From: Podarcis liolepis
Taxonomy: Eukaryota
Assembly: GCA_965112155.1 (NCBI GenBank)
Contig: OZ218098.1
Reading direction: 5' to 3' (one strand)
Length of the DNA: 64,000 nucleotides
Positions 40,452 through 52,100 of the stretch are shown piece by piece. Under the pieces are notes generated by a model, which did no database searches, was not told where the DNA came from, and saw only the letters and a program-made list of their open reading frames with translations. Made by a program: the position numbers and the translations under genes. How positions within the stretch are numbered: the stretch's first letter is position 1; each line of letters begins with the position of its first letter.

Positions 40452-40595
40452 ATGAAAAATTCCAAAATCCACACTCGGGCAATACTTCTGTTATTATGCC
40501 AACCAAAATGTGACAGTAGCTTAGATACTATTTTGCGATATTTTGGTTGGCCTAATAAGGTTGTTGCCCTAATATGGATTTTGGAACTGTTTCAT
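40452..40595. repeat. Degenerate inverted repeat, probably inverted Penelope-like termini
   Basis: Pairs ttccaaaatcca/tggattttggaa, gggcaa/ttgccc and ttattatgccaaccaaaat/attttggttggcctaataa. Confidence 0.65.
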
Positions 40596-41099
40596 CTTCT
40601 AAATCTATCCTTCTCTGGGTCATCAGGGCCAGCATTTGTGCTTCTTTGCCATATAGAAAAAGCACCACTAAGGTTTCGATACAAGAATGCATTTGTATTG
40701 GAGGTCATTTGGTACATCACTCCATCTGATGTGAAAATCTTAAGCCTGCTTCATTCAGCAGCCAACCAATTAAACTTTGTCTTGCCTTTGGCACAAGGGA
40801 AAAATATTTCCCAGTTCCTCCTTCTGAGCAGCAGGGATTATCTGTGCGCCGCTGAAATGAGCCAGCCCTCCCTTTCCCTCCTGCAACAATAAATGCCACA
40901 TTGATTTAGAATGAGCGGCTTGTTTTACAGTGCTGCATCTCTGCACCAGCTTTCTCCACGGAGGCTGGGGCATTTCCCTTTTAAGAGCTTGCAAAACTGG
41001 AAGGGAACGAGGCAAAGAAGGAAAATCTAGGCCATTGCCCCTTTTAAGCTGCAATTCTGCCTGCTTGTCTCCCTTTAATCTGCACCCAAAGCCCCAGGA

Positions 41100-42600
41100 T
41101 CAGAGGCTGACGTCATCCTGCCCCTGAGCCTCCCTCTCTGATTGGCTGAGGGTGACGTCAGGTGCTTTTTTTCAAGGCATGACCTCATCCTCAGTTCATT
41201 TTTAGTTCTAAAGTGCAACCTTCTGTCTTCCTGGATCCCTTCAGCCCTGTTAATGCTTATCTGTGCTACCTCCCCCCCTCACACTACCCTCGCCCCTTCT
41301 GCAGATACATGCCTGCCCCTTAGTTACAGGGCTGGCATTATGAGCGCATTTCAGTGTGGCTGCGCGCGTGTATTTGCAGAGGGCTAGATCTTGCATCATC
41401 AGCACTTGCCCCAGCGTTTCCAGAGCGTTCCCCACCCGACCTTCTCTTAATTGTGGTTAAATCATCCTGACGAATGTGCAGAAATCTGCAATCAGCTGGA
41501 GGGTTTAAAGGGCTTTGATCCTGGGCTACAGAGGAAGTGCCAGGAAGGTAAGTGTTTTTAAATGTTATTAAGGATCCGCGCGAGAGTCGGGGGTGGCGGT
41601 GGGGACTGGACTTCCACATATCGTTTAATGACCCTGCAGAATACTGCAGTACGGGAGATCCCATGAGGGTTTGTATGGGGGGCGGGTGGGCAGCGGGGTG
41701 GGTACTACAACCTGCCCAGGCTTTTAATACGCTTATTGGACCTTCCGCATCAAGACGCGAATGCTGCATGTTGCTGCATTCAGCATGCGTTCCCATGGAA
41801 TCCTATGTGTAATGCCGGCTTCTACTAGATCTGTGACTGTGCATAAATTTAGTGCATGCATCGTAATCTTATCTGGGAAGGGAAGGCTTTGGGGATGGGG
41901 GAGTGGGGGAGTGCTAATTTTGGAAGGTAGAGCAGGTGCCGAAGGTTTTTGCAAAGAATAAATAAAGGTGTAATTCTAGCAGGAGGAACACCTCTCCAAT
42001 GCTGCATACAGAAAAATGCGCAGTAGAGTCAGCCGTGCTGCAGGGAAGGGAGAGCTGCGTTCAGCGAATCGCATATTTATGACGTGTGTTTAAGTAACAG
42101 GAGGGTTTTAAGAATCGGATTATACTAGGCTGAAATAAAACAGCAGGCTCCTGCGAAGTGAAGGGAAAGTCTCTGTGCTTATATATGGGTGTGCGCAGTT
42201 GTGACCGGGGCGGGGGTGGGGGGGACGTGTTTGTGTGCGTTTCAGCTAAGAGGTGATTGTTATGCCTCGAGACTTTTCCTTGAAGAATCAGACGAGGAGA
42301 AATGTTCAAGGCTCGCTTTGGATGCGGAGCGTGGAGTGTCCTCATTCTTCTTAGGATCGCGGGGGGGGGGGGGAGAGAGAGAGACAGAGACGGTCCATAA
42401 AGCTTTCCCCCTGTGGTTTGTGAGGTTGGTGTTAACAGCCCTGTGGTTTCCTAATACCGAAAGTTTGGTTTGCCGCCCGGTTCCTTGGCGCTTCGGAAGC
42501 ACCCGAGGAAACAAGAGTCTATTGCGTTTCACCTTGGCTAGCGCCTTGACTAGGAGCAGTAGTGCGTGTGTGTGTGTGCTGTGATTCAGCATTTGACGGT
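41100..42600 (+). promoter_or_regulatory. DUSP8: Probable DUSP8 promoter / CpG-enriched region
   Basis: TGACGTCA at 41108-41115 and 41153-41160 flanking CTGATTGGCT (reverse CCAAT box, ATTGG at 41141-45). CpG density is raised relative to the window, with GC-box-like G runs, a half CRE TGACG near 42080 and TATATA near 42180. Confidence 0.65.
41200..41547 (+). other. DUSP8: Candidate non-coding exon 1 of DUSP8 (start approximate)
   Basis: Near-consensus donor AAG|GTAAGT at 41547/41548, downstream of the CRE/CCAAT cluster and followed by G-rich, CpG-rich sequence typical of a first intron start. Confidence 0.5.
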
Positions 42601-43921
42601 TTGAAAACAACAACCACCTCATCCAATAGAATGGCCAGGAAGGTTTGCCCACATTTCATGTCTTCAGTTCAACCAGGAACAGAGCAGGAAGGGCCTTTTC
42701 CCCCCTTGGTGGTGGAGATGGGGGACTTTTCTATTTTATTTTTTGCACGATACAGAATTAAGATTTGATACAGCTGTGGCCAAGAAATACTGCATGCAGA
42801 CGTTCTGGGGCCTTTCTGTAGGAGAGGGATTGCCAACTTGTCATAATGCATGGATTTTTTGGGTGGGTGGGTGTGAAATCACTATGCTGTCAGTTGCAAA
42901 GGTTCTAATCCAAGCTTCATCGCTTTAGGCATCTCATACACACACATACACACACAATTAACAACCTGCATCTCAGTATGATTAAAAATATAAGACTTCT
43001 CTATACATCTCTCATAATGAATGTAAAGAGTTGTTTCAGCCTAACTCCTGCAAGCATCAGCTTAATAGTACGGCCACCTATAGAAACGCTTGTACTCCCT
43101 TGTTTTGAAGGCTTGCAACAAATGACTCCCAAGATCTTGCTGCAGTTTGGCTTAATTCTGGCACAACCCAGTTGAATTATGCTAGTCAAAATGCAAAAAC
43201 TGCAGGGTGGAGGGACAGAAGCCCCCATGTAAATTAGCCGATGCAAGCCAGAACTTACCTTTTCGTACCTTTTTTTGGTAAGGCCAGTGCAACTTATATT
43301 TAAGGCTTGCATGACTACCTAGAAGCTTGGCATCACAACAACCCCGTGAGATAAATTAGGCTGAGAATACGTAAAGCTGAGCAGACATTGATTTGCTTTA
43401 TCCAGACATTCTAGCCATTGCATCAGGCTTACCCTCTGGGTACTATTTTATAAAAGTATGGCTATTTTCACTGATGACACAAAGCAGTCAGTCTAGTCTT
43501 TCGTGCCACTTGTATACAGGTGTGAACAATGGGAAAGTAAGGGAAACGAAGCTGTTTTTAAACCAAATGTGCATTCTACTTTGTGTGGGCTTTGCAATCG
43601 TATTTTGCATGCAGGGGATGCAAAAAAGAAAAAGGAAATACTTTCAGTGTCATGGATGAAAATGCCCTTTGTCTGTAATGAAGTCTAAGGAGACTATGTG
43701 TGAATGGTCATTGCATCCAAGCCAGGGAAGTGTGCTGAGCAGACAGCACTACACATTTTGATAGGTCAGCTGATTTGTTTTGCATGTGAACAATAGCTGA
43801 GCTCAAGTCTGAATGAAACGGTGTGAGCAATAAAGAGAGAAGGGTTGCTAGCTTCACTGCACTCGGTGCTAGATGTCTTCTGTTCACCTCAAACCTTGCA
43901 TGGGATGATCCCTCTCTTTCT

Positions 43922-43924
<3 letters not shown>

Positions 43925-43961
<37 letters not shown>

Positions 43962-43981
43962 CACACACACACACACACACA
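43925..43981. repeat. Compound (TC)n(CA)n microsatellite
   Basis: Directly visible. Confidence 0.95.
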
Positions 43982-45877
43982 GTTTGATTCCCTCTCCAGT
44001 TCTTTTCTTGTCACAGAAAGGGCCCAGATACCTCATCATAGGGAAGATGGACCAGGCATCCTCCAGGCCCCCAGACAAGGCTACCAGATTTCAACTTGGA
44101 TATGTTTAACCATTCTAGAGCTGCAAAGGGATTCATCCACAGCATCCTGATCCTCTCTTTCTTCTTTGGCCCCTTTGTCCATCTTCTCTTTCCCTGGTGG
44201 AAATGGTTGGTCAAGAAGCTGTGGATTCGGAAAATTCAAAACCGCCCCTTCCTTCATGGTTGTGTGGTTGTTCAGAAACAGCATGATCTCTGGGCAGCAA
44301 TTTAGCAGCTTGACTAGCAGGCCGGTGTAGACTGCGGTGTGTCACATGAAGAGAGCCTGCGCTTCAAAGGGGAATCCCACAAAGAAAAATGAAAAGCATC
44401 CCCAAAGCCCAGGGTCATTGGCCAAATAAGATTGTGTACGAGGAAACACTCTCCCACTCTCAATTAGATGGAACGACCAGTCAGATTCAGAGTACGGCCA
44501 TCTGCACCTGTGCACTGATTCAGTTCTTATGAGCTGTGCTGAGCGCCACTCATTAAAATGTCGAGCAGCAGTCAGTGCAGGTGAGAGCAGTGACTGGTGG
44601 GAGTTAGGAAGAGGTTTGCAAAGCAAGCCTCCCGGTTGCTGGCCTGGCACTGCAGTGAAAAGCACTGTCCAGAAGCACCTTAAATAGCAAATATTTAACT
44701 CCAGTACTGAGCTGTATGCTTTGCAGAAAACAGAAGGGTCACAGCACCTTCCCCGTCCTGAGCACATGTGTCTCTTGTGGCTTGACAGAAATGAAGGTGA
44801 GAAGCATAGCTTGGTACTGGAAGTATCAAATATGGACAGAAAATGAATGAACCTTACAACATTTCATTTCCTCATGCTGAAAAGGGGTTGTTTGTAGATG
44901 GGCTATTTCTCCACAGGGGCTTGGGGAAAACACTTCTTTGTTTGTTCACAGGTCCAGCTAGTGTGTTTCTGTAATGAGCAGGATTTTTTAAACCCACACA
45001 ATTGGCTGTGCAGGATGAAAACGCCTACTCTAAAGATCAAGAATTCTCCAACTGTTTAACCCTGAATATTCTCCAGTATGGCACAGTGAAGTTGTTAAGT
45101 GTGTGGATATGTTTGTACTACAGATACAGGAGAAGGTGATCTTCAGGTAATGTGGTCACAAGTCATAAAGGTTTAAGACCAGCACATTAAATTGGGCCTG
45201 GAAATAGACTAGCAGCCGGTGCAGCTGACAAGCCACAGGCAGAATTCAGTCAGAACCATGGGCTAGGAGTATGTGTGTGTGTGCACACATGCACATTCAT
45301 ATAATATTGTATGGTATATGAAGTTAAACATGGTAGTAAGATGGTCTTTAGTGAAACGTGGAAAAAGGCAACTACAGATTCACTCTTTATTCATTATTCC
45401 ATAGGAATAGCTAAAGGGGGAAAGTGGGGTGATGGTTCAGAAAGTGCTCTAAATAGGTAATGGTATGCATTGACAAGAGCAGGGTGGAATGAACGGAATA
45501 TGGCTTGTTGAAACTTTGTATATCCCTTCATCCTGGGCTTTTAATTTCACACGGTGAAATTTGCGCAGGCTTAGTGGATTCCACATCTGTGTTTGTGTGT
45601 TGTAGCAAAGAAGACAAGAGAGTCTGGCGACTTAAAGGCTGTTATTTCAGCATGAGATTTCACATCCTTGTTTAAAAAGATGGAGAAAGTATGCAGCATG
45701 TAAACAAGAGAAACACAGCCCTGAGTATTTATAAAGTATGGCCCTGTCACTGAATTATCTGCAAGAAAGCTGCAATTTTTATTTATTTTACTTTTGTTCA
45801 GGGGTCATATAAAATCCTTGCAAACTGCAGCAGCCTTTCACTTTAGCAACAGGACAGAGCCATTTCAATGCTTTCTA

Positions 45878-46018
45878 TCCAAATGAATAATAAGTTTGAT
45901 GAAATAATTTTGCAAAATGGGGTGGGGAAAATGCAGAGCTTGAAGGACTAGTTTTCCTTCAAGCTCTGCATTTTCCCACCCCATTTTGCAAAATCATTTC
46001 ATCAAATATTCGTTTGGA
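45878..46018. repeat. Near-perfect long inverted repeat (hairpin)
   Basis: Arms 45895-45947 and 45955-46006 differ by one mismatch and one 1-nt indel, with a 7-nt loop; an outer extension pairs tccaaatgaata with tattcgtttgga. Confidence 0.95.
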
Positions 46019-48586
46019 GTAAGTTAGTCAGGGCAAGATAACATAGTGGAACAGAAGTGAACCTATTGGGTTTTTCTAAGGCTTGTCCTTATGAATATGA
46101 CTGCACTCTAGCAGTGGGACCATAATGCCTACTTCATCATAAATTTGGGTTTAACAGTGCATTATATAGAAGGGCAAGCAGTTACTACATTTGTTTATTC
46201 ATTTATTTAAAAATAGTGGGTTTTTTCCTGTTTGCAATTCATTGATTTATACGTTTCAGTGTAGACTATCAGTAGAATTAGTCAGAGTTATTTTATATGA
46301 AATCAATTATGGGATATATTAATATGGGCTTGATTTCTACTCATGGCTGACAGTTCAATCTTTGCTGCTGATTTAATAGAGACTTAGACCACATTGTGCA
46401 GTCAAATTTATACTGGCATGGTTTTTTTCTTTAAATGTGGAGAAGCTGGGTGGGCCAACATAGTTTATTTTGTAGTGAGCTAATTGAGGTTTTTTTTTGT
46501 AGCATTTATGCTGGTTTAACTGCTGTAAGTTTATTCTCTGGCATATTAGTGAAAACTGAAAGCAAGTGCACTTGAAAAAATGCAAGTGCTTCTGAAAAGT
46601 AGGCGGCTTTTGGCAATTTTCCTGTAGACACAAAGTGGTTTCTTATGGTAGACTTAATGGACTGTTGATGGAATAAAGTACTAGAGTCTTACATCACTTG
46701 CAATCAAGCTGAAATGGGAAGCGGAGGAGAAAATACAGTGAATTAAACTCTGCAAAATTAAACACACACATGTTTCTGAGGCATTAAAATAGCATAAATG
46801 GTAAAGATACCTAAAGAGTTAATCAACAGTGCAAATATTTCTTACACTGCTATCTAAGTCATGACTGCCAATAAATCATCTTTCCTACTTTTTATGCCAA
46901 CATGGCAACAATGTTGTAAAACGCTATTGAATAGCTTCTTAACTGTTTCAATTAATTAAAACTACAGAGAGCCAGTGTGGCGTAATGGATAGGTGTGAGA
47001 TTAGAATTGGCGGTAGGGGTGCGCTGCATGGGAATAGTAGAAATTGTGGAAGCAAGATAATTGACATTGGAAATTATTTTCTTGATGTCATTTTGATGCC
47101 TCGTGCTCATTATCTTTTTTGGTGGAGTTGTCTATTCCAGATACCTTTTCCAGTAGCTGGGGTCCTGGTCACCCCATTTTTCTTCAGATATTTCTTGTTG
47201 TTCTTTAAGCCACAAGTGAGGTGGGTTTATACATTTCCTTACTGGTTCCAGATTATGTGAAAGACACAGAAGCAAGAAAGATAAAACATTTTAGTAGATC
47301 AACTTTGCAGGGGAAAGGCTGACCTTTCAGTTGGACTGTTACAGTTTGCAAAACTTTCAGGACTCAGGGCCCATCTTTTGCAAAGTGCTACTCTTCCAGA
47401 AATAGTTAGCAAATGAAAAGTCACTCTACCATATGCTGGGCTGGTGTAGATCCGGAAGTTTTGTTTGATGTCTCTCCCATCACTTGGACCACAGTTGCTC
47501 TGTGTGTGTCAGAGACAGAGACTGCTGCTAGGAGCTTTAAACTATTGATCTGCATTATAGTAATTTTCCTTTCGGAGCATTGGCTTCTGTGAAGATACAG
47601 GACATGGATCTTCATCTGTCTCACTGTCAGCCTGGCTTTGAATTGGGTTAGCTCCAAGGTGCACCAATTTGTTACATTATGCTGTTCAGTAGGTATGGTT
47701 CATAGACTGTGCCAATATGAGGAACTCCTGCCCAGCACCGAAAAATGAAAAAAGGCAATACAAGATGGATTTCTTTAGGTTCTCAGCTGATGGTCTGAAA
47801 CATGAAGGCTCCCTTTGTACATAGGCAGGAAGTGCATAAATAATTTTATTTACCATTAATGTTAAAACTTCCATTAACATCAGTAAGGTCTAAATTTAGT
47901 AGTTTCACACATCCTGGCCAGTTTAAGTTGATGTGTATAGCAATATGTGCAGAATAAACAGGGGAGAAAACTACTCTGGAGTGGGTGTTTACACATTTAT
48001 TTAGCTATTTCTTCTTTTTTTATCAGTCATATACCAGTTCTAGTGAAATTCTAAAGCTAAACTGAGATCAGCAGCAAAATGGCGTGGGGGAAAGGATTAA
48101 GGCTGCGCATCACTGGATTGCCTCTGATTCAACCATGTTTAAACTATGTCATGGAAAATAAGTAGGCATTGTATCTGTAGTTTTAATTCATTACTGAAAC
48201 AGGGATGAATAAAACCCTTTATATGAGCATGCCTGTCCGCTTCAGAGCAACGCTTACAGGATGAATTCATGTAATGGTTAATGCATGACAAGCTTGCTGC
48301 GGGCCTCCTTTCCTTTCCATTGACAAATACTATGCTAAGAGACTTGGACTGTGTTGATGGTGTATATTTATTGATTACATTTTTATCTTGCTGTCCCTGC
48401 TATGAGCTCAGCACTGTGTGTGCTGCTCCCTCCTCCTCCTCCCAGTCTTCCTATGCTGTGTTGAAAGGTAGCCCAAAGTGCTTCCAAATGAATTGTGCAT
48501 TTGAACATGGGCACCTTTGAACCTAGTACAACAAGAACTGGCAACACAGGCAGGCAACCAGTCAGGTCTTGAAAATCCCAAATGCG

Positions 48587-48589
<3 letters not shown>

Positions 48590-48657
<68 letters not shown>
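48590..48657. repeat. Compound (GT)n(GA)n microsatellite
   Basis: Directly visible. Confidence 0.95.
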
Positions 48658-48659
<2 letters not shown>

Positions 48660-48969
48660 GGGCGGTGATGTTCCTCAAATTTCTGTTTCTTTTGTCAAGG
48701 AAATTTGCATGGCTGTGCACAAGATAGTGCTTAAAAATCTGGTGACAAAGAAATGACTCGATGGATGCAAGAAGCAGTTTTGTTAAGCATGGCACATTCT
48801 TTGTCCAGGGAAATATATATACCTTTTTAAATATATACAGTATGCTTTCCTTTTTTATTGCTCCTAAAGGGAGGCACTGATAAGGAAAAGCTTGCCTTCT
48901 ACAATGCATTTTGGAGCAAGTAAAAAAAAGGAACATTAGAATATATATTTCTGTGACAAAGAGCTAAAC

Positions 48970-49106
48970 CGGGACTAGGAAACCTGTGAGCTTCCAGATG
49001 TTGTTGGACTCTAGCTCCCATCAGCCCCAGTCAGCATGGTCAGTGGTCAAGGATGATGGAAGTTATATTCCAACAGCGTATGGAGGGCCACAGGGTTCCA
49101 TCCAAG
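48970..49106. mobile_element. Palindromic hAT-type MITE
   Basis: Internal palindromy (aacctgtg...ccagatgttgttgga / ccaacagc...tggagggccacagg) and a perfect 8-bp TSD AGCTAAAC (48962-69 and 49107-14). Related partial copies at ~18398-18475 and ~50950-51010. Confidence 0.8.
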
Positions 49107-52100
49107 AGCTAAACTCAAGAAGGGCTGTTTTTTAGAATAAAAAACTGCTTGCTTCTGCATTTGAATCATTCCCTTTGCCTCTGGATATCCAGTGCCAGTG
49201 GCCCCAGAATTTGAGGCTGGTGCCTTGACATTTTGAATTACTTGGCCTATAAGCAATCAAGTGATGGCTTCTGTTATCATGTGAGAATTATGGTCATTTG
49301 AGTTCTTTGAATGTCTTCCCCTTTTGTTTGCTAAAATCTGAGTTATCATTTTCACGAGGCCGTTCTTTTTTAAGCCTTCCTCCCGCCCTCCCCTACTTGT
49401 TCCTAGCTTTGACACCAGCATATGGTTTGATCAACTAGTAACTGGCCCCAAAGATGGAGATACGGTGCCAAATTGGAAAGGGATTCAAAAGGAAGAAAAT
49501 TATCCACTTGGTTCTTTCCCATGACCAGTGGGCTTTGTTGCACCTAAAAGACCAGCTGCCCTAACTGCTTTTCATTTCCCCTTCTAAAGAACTGCTGAAA
49601 CATGTGATCGGGTTGCCAGCATCCTGGCTTGACCTGCTCCTGTGTCGTTAACAGCAGGCTGGTCTAAAGAAATTGGTAGCTTTTCATTGCATGGGCATGG
49701 CACGGAGCATATTGCCATCTGCTAATGATCTGTATCAGCCTTCCCTAGTCCAGCTGTGCTGCCTGGAGATAATGGAGGGCACCAGGTGGAGAAGGATGAT
49801 ATAGACCAACCTTAAAGGCGAAGGTGCAATGGCTGATCAAATGTTTACATTCCTAACTGGTAGTAGACCAGGTTATTTACAATCCACATTATTCAAGACT
49901 GTGCACTTAAGCAGGAGCTGGAGCCTGTCTCACCTTGGAGTATACCTTCATGTTGGATGTTTCTGCAAATGTTTCTTGCATAAACACTTGTAGGTGCATA
50001 ATGCTAAAAACTTTATTGTGCACCTTAAAATGTAATTGTGAAGTGGCCTCCTTGGATAGGGCATGCCATCAGACAAAGGACAGGCTTTTGATAACAAGAA
50101 TGCCCTAAAAAGTATACAACTTTGGAATCCATTTTTGAGAACAAGTACTGGAATGTTCTGCCTCCCTTTTCCAGCCAAAGTGGCTAATGAGCTGACCCAT
50201 TTTGCCAGCTGTTACATCAATGATCCCACTGGAGATTATCTGTGCTGGAATGCTTTTTCCCTATTCTGTAAATTGGTGCAGTGAGGAATGAGAGATTTTG
50301 TGATGCAAGAAGAAAACCATTAAGTTCCAGCAGTGCGCATTTGCTACTCTGGGTAGCTGGGCTGGATGAGGGAGGAAGAAGAGCATGCATTGGGTTGATC
50401 TCTTACCCTCCCCCCAAAACACTGCATCAGCAAGCACAGCAATCCTGTTTGTAAATCGCAATTTTCAACCTAAAATTCAGGAATCGCATATCCCATAGTG
50501 TTGGCCCATCATCTGCATGCCAGATGTTCTTCCTCTTGGCATAAAGGTAGAGTAGGACCTCTCCAAGCTCCCCGATAGTGCCAGCCTATGAATCTCTTTG
50601 AGAAACTATTGTGCTTACAAGTACTGGTGCATGCAGGAAGTTGGACAGGTCTTAAACTGGATTGAACAGCTAAGGAACGGTCACACCTAGGCCAGTGTTT
50701 TGCATTACTTTTTATTATACTGGAGGACTTCTCTTAAATCATTCCCAGAGATTTGCAGCATTGTTGGAAACGATAATATGTAAAAAGTTTCCACAGTGAC
50801 ATTTTTAAGCATAGGAGTGATTATAACTTGGACAGTAGCTCCTGCTAACTTGTGTTCAGTATGAAGTTAAATCACTCTGAGTGCTCTTCCATTACTCCAA
50901 AGGTGACTTCATAGAGTAGAAACTCAATGCCTGTGTGAGTGTTTACATGAGGGGTGGGATTCTGTGGCCTTCCAGATGTTGCTAGACTCTAAATCCCATC
51001 TTCCATGACAGTTCCCCTCCCCACCCCACCCCACCCCGGTTTTCAAATTAATTTATCTTGAGGCCTTGATTGCAAGGTCACTGGACATCAGAGACGGGAG
51101 TATATTACATGCAAGGAAGGGATGTCCTTGATTAGTCTTCTTTTTCCTCCCTTCTGTTTCACTTCAGAATAATTGCACCCCCAACCCATCATGGGATGGG
51201 TTATTGAAGTATACTCAAGCATGTAAGCCTGTCAGGAACTGTTAGGAAGCATGTTAGAAGGCTGTGGAAAACGGGACTCAGATGGTGGAGTTGTTGATAT
51301 TCGCTAATTGTTCCATTGAACTCTTACTCCTAGATAAGTGTGCAGAATTGTAGGTTCAATAACTGTATATTTGGGGCTTCTTGGTATTGCTGAAAACCCC
51401 TTTTCAGATTTCTCAATATAAATGGTTGTGTGGGAGCTTAGGAATGCAGAAGTCTTTCTGGAATTCCGCTTTTACAGTCAGTCATTGGAGTTCATGGGAA
51501 GGGTACATTGTTGTCTTCTTATGTGAGTCACTCCTATGATTTGAACCATATCATTGGGTAGGTTTATACATGTGCTTATTTGTTGAAAAGTCATGGCTCT
51601 GCTGAGAATGCAGGAGTCCAGTTGGGAGACTATGGACAAGCTCCCACAAATATTAGACTTGTTTCTTCTCTCTGCCTCTTCAGAATTCAGGTAAGGCTGG
51701 CCTAATTGAATATGCTCCAGAAATCTTTCCCAAACACAGAAAACTGGATGTTCAGGGGGAAAGGTTTTAGTCTAGTGTACTCCCAAGCGTGCTAGTTTGT
51801 ATATACAGAAAAGTATTTTGATTCATGTTCTTATTAACAGATTTTGGCTTTTCACTTGTACTTGTCACAGTGCTAAAGAGTCTTACAAATGCCAATCAAT
51901 TTCCATATGGGCAGCAAGAATGAGGGCTACAAGATCTTATGAAGGAAACGTATAATCTTTTCTGGGAAGATGCCCAGGACAGATGGTCTAGGAATGGTTT
52001 GACCCATTCTTTTTTTGTTAATTTATTGGTATAGAATTGAGAAACTGCCTTCCAGGTCCACAGTGTGTGTTATTTGCAGTTCCATGAGCATATTAGGAAA

